From positions 32,281-96,280 of IMG/VR virus record IMGVR_UViG_3300050026_000055: 64,000 bases of DNA, one strand, 5' to 3'. Shown here piece after piece: positions 9,480 through 20,642 of the stretch. The notes beneath the pieces were generated by a model. It was given only the letters and a program-made list of their open reading frames with translations. It was not told where the DNA came from and ran no database searches. Each line of letters starts with the position of its first letter. Position 1 is the stretch's first letter. Origin of the DNA: a virus. Position numbers and translations under genes: made by a program.

Positions 9480-12398
9480 TTATTTTGTCGCTCCCACACC
9501 AAGATCGTTGGGGTGTGCCCATTGTCCGGTCTGAGGATTCTTAACTGCAATTAATGCTCCATTTTTATACAAAGCGTTGCCTTGTATTGTCTTAGGATCA
9601 GGAAGATCGTTGGGTAATTCCACAGAAGGTGCCTGTGTCTTTCCCGTTAGTTCATTGACAGTCTTTCCACCCTTACCTGCGCCAGAAGCACTACCTGTAA
9701 TGCTGCCGCCACTCTTCATGTTTCCTAACAATTCGTTTACATAAGGATTGTTAATTTTCTGAATGGCCTTTACGGTATCTGGATAAATTAGATTATGGAA
9801 ATCTTCATTGAATGATTGCTTCCATTCTTCATTCAACGGAACAATACGAACAGCAGCCGTATGTGCCATTTCTTGAATTGAAGAATAAACGTTTTGCCAT
9901 GGTGATGTATCCTGAGATACCTGTGCTGCCATCTTTCTAGCGTCATCTGTCAAAGCGTGCTGATTGTTCAACAAGTTCTGCCAATCGGTAGAAGCCGTCT
10001 GCATGGCAACTTTAAATGCATTCCAGTCTGTATTGGTTCCAAATTTATCGTTCAACCATGCCATAGTCTTGTTGCTGTATTCAGAACTATTAAGATCAAT
10101 GCCGCTGCTTGCTTTAAGTTTATCCAAAGCGGTCAATGCGCCAGCCATGTGACCAAGAGACGTGTTGGCATTTTTAATGGCTGCTCCCTGACTAGTGGTG
10201 TTCGATCTGCCACTACCGGCAAAGTTTTCAAACAAACGAACCTTAGATTCAACTTCTTCTGGATTAAAGTCAGGATTACGCTTGTGGGCTTCTTGCTCCA
10301 AAGCTTGTCTACTGGCTTCATTACGAAGACTGGTGACATGCTTCAAATCAACCATTGACGGTCCACCCGGCACTTTATTTCCGTTTTTGTCAACACCGGA
10401 CAGTTGTGTAATTAGGTCGTCATTGTTTCGGATTGTATCCTCTCTAGACTGTTCCTTCAGACGCTCTGTTTTACCAACTGCCGCGTCAGCCTTTGTCTGC
10501 TCCGTGTTATGCAGTTCAGCCAAACGCAGTTTTTCTCTGTAATCGTTGATGAAGGATTGTCCTTGTAATTTGCCGTCTGGACTTTGCAGCAGACTCTTCA
10601 ATCGGTTTCCTGATTGCGGGTCGAAAGTGACTTTACCGCTCTTTGCCTGTTGGTCCAACATTTTGTCAATAGAAGATGGTTCGTTGCCTTTGCCGTCCAA
10701 AAATCCATTCATTCCACCGGGCAAACGATTGTACACGCCTACATCAGCTTTGGTTATACGTCCGGAACCTGCTGCGTCCATTACATCAACAGGTTTCATA
10801 GTAGGTTGAGGTAGTTCGCCTGATTCCTTTTGATCCTGTTGCTGCTGTTCAGTAGGCATTCCAGCCTTGTTGTGTACATCGTTGACGTACTTCTTAGTTT
10901 CAGGATAATTAGGCACTCCTCCGGCCTTGTTTACCGCAGGTTCACCAGCATTGTAGGCAGCTATAGCCTTTGTAGTATCTCCTTTGTATGCCTTCAACAA
11001 ATCGGACAGTAAATGCGTACCAGCATCTATGTTCTGTGCAGGATCAAATGCATCAGTAACTCCATACTTCTTGGCGGTTGCTGGCATTAATTGCATCAAT
11101 CCTTGAGCACCCTTTGGACTTAACGCATTAGGATTTCCCTTTGATTCAGTGTGCAATACAGCATTTACTAGACTGACAGGAACATCATACTTTGTAGCTG
11201 CTGTCTGAGTAGCGTCAGTAATATTTGTCGGAAGCGTAAAGTTTGTTTTCTTTATCTCAGTCGCAGGTTTTGCTGCTCCTGCCCCAACTACCTCAGTCTT
11301 TGTGGCAGATTTTCCTGTTGCATAACCATCCAAGTCTTTTTGCATATTCTTATAACCAGCTACTTCATTGATACCAGCTATAATTCGATAAGCACGTTCC
11401 TGATAGTCTTTGGGCAAGTTTAACATCTTTCCGTCTTTATCGACGTAACCTTGCACTTTATACTTAGCCAACAAATCTTTTACATCTTGCGGGAAGTCAA
11501 CCACTTTGCTTGGATCAATAATGGCGTATTTAAATTCGTATTGTTCTACACCATTTTGCATTAATGGCATTCCATCATCACCAATTTTTGGCACAATTCC
11601 AATGGGGATAGCACCATCTTTTGTTACATGATATTGCGCTAATTTGCTTGGCAGTTCACTAGCAGTGGCATAATCCTGAACACCATTAATACTCTGCAAA
11701 GCTGTGTGCAAAGATGTATACATGTCTACCATCGACTGTTGGTGTTCCATGCCCAATTTGTTTGCCTTCAACTGGTTGGTATATAAATCAAGGTTATTTT
11801 TAGTGATAGATGCCTGACGAGCAAAATCATCTTTCGCTCGTTGCTGTTGGCTTTGATCTATTTCTTTTGCATGAGCCATGCCGGCCTGACCGCCAGCAGC
11901 CAACCCGCGAGCGCCTGCTCCCGGACCACGCTGACCAGCACCAGCAAATAAACCTGTCAATGCGCCAGCAACAATGGAGTTGGCAAGTTGTGATTTAGTC
12001 TGTTGAACCTGAGTCCTTTCCATCTTGCCTGTATCAGCGTTCAAATTGTAGGTATATTTTGGGCCAGCTAACGCGCCCATTATGCTCCTAAAAATATCGT
12101 GCGGCTGATGTGACTGACTCGGACCGGCACCGGTGCCACTCTTATCAATGCCATTGTCATTCGATTGCATCGTTTTTTGAACGTCATTGTCAGCCGACTG
12201 CATAGTTTTTTGGACATCATTCGGCTGTGCTGCCGATTGTGCTGGCGGTTGAGCCGCTGGCTGTCCCATAGATTGTGCTGGCGGCTGAGTCGTGCCAGAT
12301 GCAGACGAAGAACTGTCTACAGGCGTACTAGACACAGGCATACTAGCCTGCGGCTGTATCTGATCGTTCGGTTGTTCGTTAGGAGCGTCGAGTGCCAT
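9480..12398 (-). CDS. internal virion protein with soluble lytic transglycosylase (SLT) domain
   Basis: HTESKGNPNALSPKGAQGLMQLMP, AIAAYNAG and ETKKYV SLT motifs. Confidence 0.85.
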   Translation of the reverse strand: MALDAPNEQPNDQIQPQASMPVSSTPVDSSSSASGTTQPPAQSMGQPAAQPPAQSAAQPNDVQKTMQSADNDVQKTMQSNDNGIDKSGTGAGPSQSHQPHDIFRSIMGALAGPKYTYNLNADTGKMERTQVQQTKSQLANSIVAGALTGLFAGAGQRGPGAGARGLAAGGQAGMAHAKEIDQSQQQRAKDDFARQASITKNNLDLYTNQLKANKLGMEHQQSMVDMYTSLHTALQSINGVQDYATASELPSKLAQYHVTKDGAIPIGIVPKIGDDGMPLMQNGVEQYEFKYAIIDPSKVVDFPQDVKDLLAKYKVQGYVDKDGKMLNLPKDYQERAYRIIAGINEVAGYKNMQKDLDGYATGKSATKTEVVGAGAAKPATEIKKTNFTLPTNITDATQTAATKYDVPVSLVNAVLHTESKGNPNALSPKGAQGLMQLMPATAKKYGVTDAFDPAQNIDAGTHLLSDLLKAYKGDTTKAIAAYNAGEPAVNKAGGVPNYPETKKYVNDVHNKAGMPTEQQQQDQKESGELPQPTMKPVDVMDAAGSGRITKADVGVYNRLPGGMNGFLDGKGNEPSSIDKMLDQQAKSGKVTFDPQSGNRLKSLLQSPDGKLQGQSFINDYREKLRLAELHNTEQTKADAAVGKTERLKEQSREDTIRNNDDLITQLSGVDKNGNKVPGGPSMVDLKHVTSLRNEASRQALEQEAHKRNPDFNPEEVESKVRLFENFAGSGRSNTTSQGAAIKNANTSLGHMAGALTALDKLKASSGIDLNSSEYSNKTMAWLNDKFGTNTDWNAFKVAMQTASTDWQNLLNNQHALTDDARKMAAQVSQDTSPWQNVYSSIQEMAHTAAVRIVPLNEEWKQSFNEDFHNLIYPDTVKAIQKINNPYVNELLGNMKSGGSITGSASGAGKGGKTVNELTGKTQAPSVELPNDLPDPKTIQGNALYKNGALIAVKNPQTGQWAHPNDLGVGATK

Positions 12399-12400
12399 AA

Positions 12401-13276
12401 TTAATCCTTACCTACCTTAAAATTTGCTTTAAAGTATAACTTAGCTTTACGTAAACCAAAATCAAATATCGGTTTTAACAATCCACGCACTATTTTATAC
12501 TTGTATACCAACGGTGCTACATCTCTGCCTACCAAAGTATAAAGCCGCATAATTGCACGACCGAATAGACTCTCCTCAACCCACACCTTATTCAGCCAAT
12601 AGCGCATCATATAAGTATCCGGTGAGTAAGTTCCATATATCGCTTCTGCAATCCAACAGGTTCCCCAATTCTGTCCTACCTGAGTGATTGCATTTCCAGC
12701 AATTCCACCAAGAGCACCGGTAACCGAAGATACCCAAGAATTGTTTGCATTGGTAATGTTGTTGGCTGAAGTACTAGCCGCACTGCCTGCTCCGGTAGCT
12801 GCATTGTTTACATTAGCGGTGGTGTTAAACACACCGGGTGCTAACTCCAAAGCAGTTAGAGCAGAGTTATAATTTTTATTACCTTGATCGTAACTTGCTG
12901 ATGTAATGCCTAACTCTTGGTTTGACAACTGGTTAGCAGCAGAAACACCTAGTTGTTCTCTTTGCTGTAATTCTGCACCACTTGACACACTTGATCCACC
13001 GCCGTTGGCGGCTATTTTTGCATTCAATGCTTTACTAAGATTATCATAGCTACCGGCAGTGCTGCTGATTGCTTGTGAATTAAGAACCTGCTTTTCTTCT
13101 GCCGAATAGCCTTCCTGCGATGGACCGGCAGCCACAATGGGAGCAGTGGCAGCAGTAATCTCGCCAAACACTGCATTGGCCTTTCCAAATACTTCAGCGG
13201 CCTGTGCTGTGGTCTGAGCATAGAAATCTGCCTGTTCTTTTTCTAATTGCTTTTGTTCTGAACTAGCTCCACACAT
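12401..13276 (-). CDS. internal virion/pilot protein with C-terminal CWIA (CFI-box-like) domain
   Basis: MCG start typical of podovirus core proteins; Ala/Ser/Gln-rich body; C-terminal CWIAEAIYG. Confidence 0.6.
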   Translation of the reverse strand: MCGASSEQKQLEKEQADFYAQTTAQAAEVFGKANAVFGEITAATAPIVAAGPSQEGYSAEEKQVLNSQAISSTAGSYDNLSKALNAKIAANGGGSSVSSGAELQQREQLGVSAANQLSNQELGITSASYDQGNKNYNSALTALELAPGVFNTTANVNNAATGAGSAASTSANNITNANNSWVSSVTGALGGIAGNAITQVGQNWGTCWIAEAIYGTYSPDTYMMRYWLNKVWVEESLFGRAIMRLYTLVGRDVAPLVYKYKIVRGLLKPIFDFGLRKAKLYFKANFKVGKD

Positions 13277-13277
13277 G

Positions 13278-13667
13278 TTATTTCCCCACTCTCGGTAAAA
13301 CCTTTTCATAAAGATTTGGCTCGTGTCTAAATCCTAGTCGTTTGTTGGTAAAGAAAGCGACCAACGATTTTACCTTGGAATCAAATTCTATTTTCAAACA
13401 ACCAGCAGTAGACAGAAACCCCTCCAACATCGGAAAACCTTTGCTGATAATCTTTGCATTTCTAAGTGTCTTTTTGGTGTCCATTTGTAAGTCTATGCGA
13501 GCGACCGGATTTATGCGAACAAACGCGGCCACACCATCTTCGTCTTCAAACACCAAAAGCTTCTTAGAAATCCAGTCGTCAGGCTTTAACTCTTTATGAT
13601 CGTCATCAGCCAGCATCCATTCACACAATAAAGTTTTATCTTCGTCTTTAAAATCTCTCATTATCAT
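13278..13667 (-). CDS. GNAT-like protein (T7 gp13-like position)
   Basis: MRDFKDED...LGF pattern; position between tail and core genes. Confidence 0.45.
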   Translation of the reverse strand: MIMRDFKDEDKTLLCEWMLADDDHKELKPDDWISKKLLVFEDEDGVAAFVRINPVARIDLQMDTKKTLRNAKIISKGFPMLEGFLSTAGCLKIEFDSKVKSLVAFFTNKRLGFRHEPNLYEKVLPRVGK

Positions 13668-13669
13668 AT

Positions 13670-14980
13670 TTAACCTAACTCTATAATTTGAAACTCACTC
13701 CAGTTTACAAGGCCTTGATCGAAAGTTGAAGCTGCTGCGGCAATAATTTGATAGTTATGCGATCCTGCTGTTGGATTATCCAAATAAGAAAGTGATGATG
13801 TAGTGAATAACGTTAATGAAGTACCAGTGCCAGTTTTGGCTTCACAGGTACAGGTGGCATTACCACTTACCAAAGAACCGTCTCTAAACAGAAAAAATGC
13901 ACCACCAGATAATAATGCACTACCTGTAGTTGCCAAAACAACATTAGCGTGAAATGTAATAAGTACTGGATTGCCTTTAAAGGTAGCTGTGATCGTATTA
14001 GTACCTAACTGTGCTGGTGTTGAAGACGGCGGAAAAGAAAGATTCGCCACACCTTGGTTGGCAGTCAGGATATTCTTTAACTGCAAATTACCGTTGGCAT
14101 AAATAGGAGTAATAGCTGTAGCATCTCCAGCAAACTCAGGAGTGCTCTCCAGTCCTATCTGATTTACAGATGTCACCCAATAGTAATCAACTGATCCTAA
14201 TGGCACCGTCTCTTGATATGTATATATACCGGTAGCTGATGGATCGGCTGTTAGGTTGGAAGGTTGTGACACAGCCTTTAGAAATCCTGCTGTTCCGGGA
14301 AATGAGTTACTTGAGTTTTTGTATATGTTATATCCCATTATAACATCTGCTGCTAAACCGGCTATATAATTAAACTGAAATTGATAACCAGTTGGTGTAA
14401 CACTTAACGAATTTGCAATTGATGGAGGCGACGGATTGGAAAGCACACCATTTATAGTAAGTGTAGTAGTCGGTGCAGTAGCAAATAATGGAAATACTCC
14501 TGATGGAGAAACCGAGTTAACGGTAATTAATACCGTTTCTTTTGTGGTTTCCACCAAAAAACTAACAGGAGAAATGTGCCCTGTAGTCATCAATTGAGGA
14601 TAGGGATTTCCGTTATACCCGGAAAACCATATCTGTATTCCAGACCAATTTACATCAACAGGAGGATCAAAACTAACAGATACCGCTGTAAACATCTGTC
14701 CATTCTTGTTCTTATAAGGAGACTCTGCAGCCGCCACAGAAGTGACATATGCTGGTATACCGCTAGGACTGCCACCACCACCACTAGTACCGCCAGTGCC
14801 GGGAACCACTATTGTATTGCTTACTGCTTGAGTAGGCGATACAATAGTGGTTGGAGCAGCTAGTGGTGTTTGCCAAGCAGCTTCAGTTGGAACAGAAGCA
14901 GACAAATTGGTTATATTCGTTTGTGTTATTGTATCCAAAACTGAATTTGGTATTTGACTTACTGTTGGAACACTACTCAT
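13670..14980 (-). CDS. tail-associated protein with fibronectin-III-like domains
   Basis: GYNIYK and YYWVTSVNQIGLES FN3-like motifs. Confidence 0.55.
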   Translation of the reverse strand: MSSVPTVSQIPNSVLDTITQTNITNLSASVPTEAAWQTPLAAPTTIVSPTQAVSNTIVVPGTGGTSGGGGSPSGIPAYVTSVAAAESPYKNKNGQMFTAVSVSFDPPVDVNWSGIQIWFSGYNGNPYPQLMTTGHISPVSFLVETTKETVLITVNSVSPSGVFPLFATAPTTTLTINGVLSNPSPPSIANSLSVTPTGYQFQFNYIAGLAADVIMGYNIYKNSSNSFPGTAGFLKAVSQPSNLTADPSATGIYTYQETVPLGSVDYYWVTSVNQIGLESTPEFAGDATAITPIYANGNLQLKNILTANQGVANLSFPPSSTPAQLGTNTITATFKGNPVLITFHANVVLATTGSALLSGGAFFLFRDGSLVSGNATCTCEAKTGTGTSLTLFTTSSLSYLDNPTAGSHNYQIIAAAASTFDQGLVNWSEFQIIELG

Positions 14981-15000
14981 ATTTTTCCTTTATTCAATCT

Positions 15001-17301
15001 TTACTCTGGAATTGTTGATCCATAAATACTAAAACCTAAAATCTCATTAGGATAGTTTTCGGCAATGAAGTTAAGTTGAAGCTGCATGTGTCTCAACACC
15101 GTTGCTTGACTACTTTGTAACAAGTACCAGCGATAACTATACAACGACATGCTGGTTGGTAAGTTAGGAGGATCGGGAACAAATTGAGGCAAATAAGTAA
15201 ATGGACCAGATATTTCATCTAATAGTACTGAAACTAATGGCACAGCACCTATAGCCTTTGATTCAACAACGATAGAATCTACATCTGCCAGTTGACCGGG
15301 TTGTGCCAATGTAAAACTTCCCCATGTTGCACTAGCCAAATAGGTACTTCCGTTGTCCAGATTTGATGTCCAATCTCTGTACAAAATATTGTTACCAGAC
15401 CCAATCAACAATTGAATGACACCGTATGATGTCTCAACTGCCTTCATAGCTCCTACACCACCTGCAACCACTGCTGGTGGTGACCAACAAATACCGCTTT
15501 CTGGCATTTGTACTGGATTGCATCTCCAAGTATTACCAAGACCGTCATCAAAAAACAATGCTTGATCTTGTGTACCAAAGGCATAATAAGAGACGAAGAC
15601 ATTCGATGGAACAACACTACCCCAAAGATTAGACACAGGAAATCCCAAATCCGATACACTGGCAGATGGTGTTATCTGTAATAACCGTTTGTCGGTAGTA
15701 TAAGCGTAAATATTGCTACCAAAAACATCTGCTGCATTGTATGATGACAATCCCATTCCGGGCTGAAATATAGTGCAGTTAAATATAGTTCCACTAACAA
15801 ACTGCGCTCCTATCGCAGATATATTTCCCTGAACAATGTATACATCATCAGCAGTCCACACAATCAACCCTTGACTATATGGTATCAACTTATTGATTCT
15901 TGAAGGCACTTGAAAGTAGTTTAATGCAGGCCATGAAGCCTGACCGTCACCTGTAGTGGTATCCGGTCCTGCTGCATAGTATACATAGTTTCCTATAGTA
16001 CCCCACAAACGACCTGCCCAGTATTCCAAATTAATTAGACCTCCCGGCGGCGGAGAATTTCCACCAGCCAAAGGAGCCACAATAAAAGCATTTAACGATG
16101 TATCAGGCAATTCATCCCACTGATAAGTCCATTGTGCTCCCGGAACAGTTGAGTTTGGCACTGATGCGTCATAAAGATATGTCGCACCGCCATCAGTCGT
16201 CCTGAAAATCAAAATGGTGGTGACTTGTGGGTCAGTAGTACAAAATCCAGTCAAGCCTGTTTTAAACAGAAGTCGTGGACCTGTGTTTGCAGCAGCGCTG
16301 GCATTGCTAACACTAAAATAGCCCGGATCACCCGGAACCTCAGTCGCATAAGCATATACATATGACCAACCGGTAGGTTGGTAGGTATTAGCAGTACCTG
16401 CTGCAAACGAAAGAATCGGAGGAGTATTAGGAAACAATACGTCTGGTCCTGCTATGCCCCAATTCGATACTGTTGTTCCATTAAAAATTATCTGATCTTT
16501 TCCGTCGCCTATATAAATAAGGTTGCCAACTTCTTGATAAAATGCTTGACCTGCTCCTGCTGTCTTTGTAAAGATCGGTGTTATTGCGTTTGGATTGACC
16601 ACGTTTATGTTGGTAGCTGTATCGGCAAATAGAAGTACCGAGTTATTCAAACCGTGCCAAGAATAAAATGACATGGCTGGACTAGGCAATGACAAGGATG
16701 CAGTTGATGGCAATACACCGAAAGGAATAACACTGCCACTATCAGTAAACGTTTGAGTTGTAGACGCAAGCGGAATCGAAGTAAGCAGTTGCTCACCACC
16801 GGTAGTTCTGCCGTAGATATTATATCCAGTCGCGCCAATAACTGCTCCCCAATTGATTGTGGCAGTATTCAAATCGTTACCTGTAGCTGTATGTTGTGAA
16901 TACTCAGTTGAAGCTAAGGTAGTTCCAGAAGCATTAATAGCTGCCACTCTATAGTAATATGTTGTATTTCCAAGCAATGATCCGCCGCTATTAATCGTAG
17001 AAGCTGAAGCAATAACTGGAACCGCAAGAATACCAGGATCAACTATCGAGTTTTTTATGAAACTTGTATACCCCGGACGGCGAACTAGTGTAGTCTTGTT
17101 GGTAATCTCTACGTTGTAACCGCCAATAAGAGTGTCCGGGTGTCCACCATAAAACTTAATGTCAGGACGAGCGCCCGGACCACACAGCACGTTTCTATTA
17201 GTATACAGTCCAGTAAACTGAGTTCGTACAGTCAACGGAGTGTATTTTGTGGGTTTTGTGGGCTGATTGCCTAATGCTGCTAAAAGTGCTACATCTGACA
17301 T
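15001..17301 (-). CDS. tail nozzle/stabilisation protein (tail tubular B / P22 gp10-like)
   Basis: 766 aa beta-rich; N.....L.RRPG N-terminal motif; synteny. Confidence 0.65.
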   Translation of the reverse strand: MSDVALLAALGNQPTKPTKYTPLTVRTQFTGLYTNRNVLCGPGARPDIKFYGGHPDTLIGGYNVEITNKTTLVRRPGYTSFIKNSIVDPGILAVPVIASASTINSGGSLLGNTTYYYRVAAINASGTTLASTEYSQHTATGNDLNTATINWGAVIGATGYNIYGRTTGGEQLLTSIPLASTTQTFTDSGSVIPFGVLPSTASLSLPSPAMSFYSWHGLNNSVLLFADTATNINVVNPNAITPIFTKTAGAGQAFYQEVGNLIYIGDGKDQIIFNGTTVSNWGIAGPDVLFPNTPPILSFAAGTANTYQPTGWSYVYAYATEVPGDPGYFSVSNASAAANTGPRLLFKTGLTGFCTTDPQVTTILIFRTTDGGATYLYDASVPNSTVPGAQWTYQWDELPDTSLNAFIVAPLAGGNSPPPGGLINLEYWAGRLWGTIGNYVYYAAGPDTTTGDGQASWPALNYFQVPSRINKLIPYSQGLIVWTADDVYIVQGNISAIGAQFVSGTIFNCTIFQPGMGLSSYNAADVFGSNIYAYTTDKRLLQITPSASVSDLGFPVSNLWGSVVPSNVFVSYYAFGTQDQALFFDDGLGNTWRCNPVQMPESGICWSPPAVVAGGVGAMKAVETSYGVIQLLIGSGNNILYRDWTSNLDNGSTYLASATWGSFTLAQPGQLADVDSIVVESKAIGAVPLVSVLLDEISGPFTYLPQFVPDPPNLPTSMSLYSYRWYLLQSSQATVLRHMQLQLNFIAENYPNEILGFSIYGSTIPE

Positions 17302-17310
17302 ATTATGCTC

Positions 17311-18213
17311 CTATTGGTTAGAACGTACTTGCATTCCTTGCTTAAGATTAGCCTGTTGTTCGCCGGAAATGTTACTCCAGTTTTGAAGAAAAATGGAACG
17401 TGCTGTTTCATCCAATCCTTCGTTAGCTCCCAACAAATGTGCCACAAACTTTGCATTAGCCATTTGCCAACGCGGATCATCGGCAAATAACCACATCATT
17501 GTCAAGAATCCCCAGTTGTATATATACGAAAGTTCGTCTGGTATCGGTGCCCATGTTTGTAAAATATCAGAAAATACAGGGGACTTTTTCTGAATGTGAA
17601 TTGTTACCGGATATGCCTGATTAGGAACTGGAGTCATTGTAAAGCCAATATTACCGTTTCCATCATCATAATGAGCTGAAATGAAGCGCGGTCTTGCCGT
17701 AGATGAATCTAACGACAAGGACATTTCCGGCTGCATATCATACCATTTAGGAGGAGTCAATGTAATATCTTGAACAGAAGCGTGCTCTATCCATGCAAAA
17801 TCAGGACAACTAATAATGTACGTCTGTATATCACCAACAGTCCATGTCAAGTTTCCGTCGCTAGTAGTGCTCATGTTGGCTAGATTGGTGCCCCAAGTCG
17901 GTTGAGTGCCGCCACTCTGAAATGGTGTAGAACCTATAGATGTTACTGTCTGCATGTTACCATTCGGGTCTTTAAAACTATAACCCAATGGGTATGCTGT
18001 ACCTGCAGTCCATACGGCGGCCGGACTAAGACAAGTAAACTGATATTGGTTTCTATTCCAGCGCCACTCAAAAGGTGGACCTAAAATTGCCTGTATCACA
18101 CAATTAGCTGAAGTCAAAGCTGGTTCATTGCCAACTAAAGCACACGGCCTGCCTCTATTAAAGAAACTCGCCCATGTCATCGTTTTGTTTAGTGTATTTG
18201 TTGCATTAGGCAT
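17311..18213 (-). CDS. head-tail adaptor/tail tubular A-like protein
   Basis: PFEWRWNR, P.P.QAY and PIPDE motifs; paralog of 21871..22932. Confidence 0.6.
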   Translation of the reverse strand: MPNATNTLNKTMTWASFFNRGRPCALVGNEPALTSANCVIQAILGPPFEWRWNRNQYQFTCLSPAAVWTAGTAYPLGYSFKDPNGNMQTVTSIGSTPFQSGGTQPTWGTNLANMSTTSDGNLTWTVGDIQTYIISCPDFAWIEHASVQDITLTPPKWYDMQPEMSLSLDSSTARPRFISAHYDDGNGNIGFTMTPVPNQAYPVTIHIQKKSPVFSDILQTWAPIPDELSYIYNWGFLTMMWLFADDPRWQMANAKFVAHLLGANEGLDETARSIFLQNWSNISGEQQANLKQGMQVRSNQ

Positions 18214-18222
18214 TGTTTATCC

Positions 18223-20292
18223 TTATAACTCCGCTGACAATGTTACATAGGTTGATGTACCAGTAGTCCACCATTGCGCCGGATTACTGACTGTAACCAC
18301 TGTTGTCATACCAATAGTCGATGTTCCGGCTCCTGCAACATTAGGTTGAGAACAATTAGATGCCCCCCACGTGCCTACTACAACGGCAGTTGGTGATGTA
18401 CGCATTGTCACTGGCAAACTAAGATTGGTAGTTAGATTAGTACCTGTCTCGTTGTATCCGGCGACTAATATGTCGTAAACTACGGAACCACCTAACTTCT
18501 GGTAATACCGCTGACACATAACCAACTCTCTACCATAATCTCTGCGCTCAAACGGAGTAGCTACAGAACCCACCTCAAACTGAGTTTTACCGAGAGTGCC
18601 TGCATTGAATTCAACAGTCGCACTAGTGGCAGCCGTCAATCCAGTTACAGTAATTGGACTGGCCGCATAACTTCCAGCACCAACACGTCCCTGTGCGGTA
18701 CCTGCCCATGAAAGAGTATAAGTTCCGCCTTCGGGCAGATTCAAATCTTCAATAACCTGTTGTATTGTGCCAGCAGTAATAGTAATGGTTGTATCACCTT
18801 TAGTCTGAGTAAAGGTGTAAGTTCCACCACCAGCGCCAGCCTTCCATCTATCGTGCATATACACACCGGCAGAAGTGGCTGTACCTGACACATAAACACG
18901 TTGATTTATAACAAAATTGCCATTTATCAGTCTGTTCCGAAATCCATTCACGCTGGCGAGAGAAAGTCCAGAATCTTCAAGTAAAGTGCCTATTGTATTG
19001 TTAAATGATGCAATGTTGCCAGACACAGAACTGGCAGGACCAATCACGTTCCCCCCACTAGCAGGGGCAGCCCATGAAGTAGTGGTTCCATTAGAAGTCA
19101 ATATCTGACCGTTTGTTCCAACCCCCCCACTAATCTCTATAGCACTAGTAACATTGATGGTGGGTGTAGTTACTATTCCAGTAAATGTCGGATTGGCGAT
19201 AGGAGCATAAATAGTGTTTATATTTGCCCCACCGATCTGCAAAATAGAACTAGCATTAATAGTTGGTGCTGCCAGCGTTCCCGTAAAAGTCGGATTAGCC
19301 AGCGGTGCACGGCTGGTGTCGCTAGCATGAACGTGATCTTGACGGGAATATAGGGTAGACACACCTACGGCCACCGAACCGTCCATTACAGGATTTGAAG
19401 TTCCAGCTTGACCTAAAACAAAAGCTGTAGTTGCTAAATCTGTAGTATTATTATTAACACTCTGAGTAGTAGCTGTAGTACCATTAGGCAATGCTGGAGT
19501 ACCGCTCAAATTTCCTGCTGTAGTTGCAGAAGTAGCAGTAGTAGCATTTCCGCTGGTATTACTAGTGATACTACTCGGTAAATCGGCTGCTACTAGCGCC
19601 CTAAGAGTCGGAACTGCTGCCGTAACTCCGCTTGTATTCGTAGCATAGACATAATTAGGAATACCAGTAGTCGATATATTAGATGCTGTTCCAGTTGTAC
19701 TTTGATTCCATGTAGGAACTGTACCCGTTAACCCGGCATAAGGTGCAGATGTAGCAATAATACTGCCTGATCCACTTGCAGACAAACTGCCTAACGAACC
19801 AACATACATTGTAGCTGTACTAGTACCACTTAGTATACTAGAAAAAGGTACATCGCTAGTAATGCCCCCAGTGACAACTAATGATCCATAAATAGTTTGT
19901 ACCGCAGAACTTGGCGGATTGGAGACTATATAGTTAGGCAAATAAGGATTTGGTGTAGAAATCATAGGCGCAACTGCGCTCAAATCGAATGTCCCTGTGC
20001 CATTCAGAATGTATGGAATCTGAGCTATTTGAAGTCCTGCGTCAGAAACAAACGTAACCAAATAGTATGTACCAGACGGTGTAATTACATCATTTCCCCA
20101 TAATGCGGTGCTAAAAGCGCCCGAACCGTTGGCGGTAACGGATTGTACGGTTTCAACCAAAAATCCGGTGCCAGACACTCTCGGAACATTTAACCCATAA
20201 TTCTCAAGGGAAAAAATTATCTTATCATTAGGGTAAAGCACACCAAAGATATTTTCCAGATTTCCAGTTATAATAATTGTGGGGCTGCTCAT
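18223..20292 (-). CDS. tail fibre protein
   Basis: LATTAFV, SRQDHVH, APLANPTFTG, FRNRLINGNF.INQR and EL.MCQRYY fibre motifs. Confidence 0.85.
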   Translation of the reverse strand: MSSPTIIITGNLENIFGVLYPNDKIIFSLENYGLNVPRVSGTGFLVETVQSVTANGSGAFSTALWGNDVITPSGTYYLVTFVSDAGLQIAQIPYILNGTGTFDLSAVAPMISTPNPYLPNYIVSNPPSSAVQTIYGSLVVTGGITSDVPFSSILSGTSTATMYVGSLGSLSASGSGSIIATSAPYAGLTGTVPTWNQSTTGTASNISTTGIPNYVYATNTSGVTAAVPTLRALVAADLPSSITSNTSGNATTATSATTAGNLSGTPALPNGTTATTQSVNNNTTDLATTAFVLGQAGTSNPVMDGSVAVGVSTLYSRQDHVHASDTSRAPLANPTFTGTLAAPTINASSILQIGGANINTIYAPIANPTFTGIVTTPTINVTSAIEISGGVGTNGQILTSNGTTTSWAAPASGGNVIGPASSVSGNIASFNNTIGTLLEDSGLSLASVNGFRNRLINGNFVINQRVYVSGTATSAGVYMHDRWKAGAGGGTYTFTQTKGDTTITITAGTIQQVIEDLNLPEGGTYTLSWAGTAQGRVGAGSYAASPITVTGLTAATSATVEFNAGTLGKTQFEVGSVATPFERRDYGRELVMCQRYYQKLGGSVVYDILVAGYNETGTNLTTNLSLPVTMRTSPTAVVVGTWGASNCSQPNVAGAGTSTIGMTTVVTVSNPAQWWTTGTSTYVTLSAEL

Positions 20293-20302
20293 ATTTTTTC
20301 CT

Positions 20303-20635
20303 CTAAAATGGTGTTAAGGTCGATAAATCAACCGTACCAGAACCAACCAAGCTGTATCGGCACTGTGCTGTCTGCAAATTCTTGTCAGACATAAATGTTA
20401 CTAAATAGTATGTACCGCTTGGGGCAATAAGATCGTTGCCCCAAATCAAAGTAGAAATCAGACCATTTATATCGGCAGTTGCAGTTACTCTAGGCGAAAC
20501 CACGAATCCAGTGCTTATGACTCTTGGAACACTTGATCCATAGTTTTCTAACTGAAAAACAGGTGTTCCTTTTGGATAATTGGCACCGAATATGGACTGA
20601 ATATTGGCTGTAATTGTTAAACTCGGAGTTATCAT
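20303..20635 (-). CDS. stand-alone copy of the tail fibre N-terminal (anchor) domain
   Basis: Aligns to first ~110 aa of 18223..20292 (LENYG..VPRV..TGF, WGND.I.PSGTYYLVTF). Confidence 0.7.
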   Translation of the reverse strand: MITPSLTITANIQSIFGANYPKGTPVFQLENYGSSVPRVISTGFVVSPRVTATADINGLISTLIWGNDLIAPSGTYYLVTFMSDKNLQTAQCRYSLVGSGTVDLSTLTPF

Positions 20636-20642
20636 AATTACT

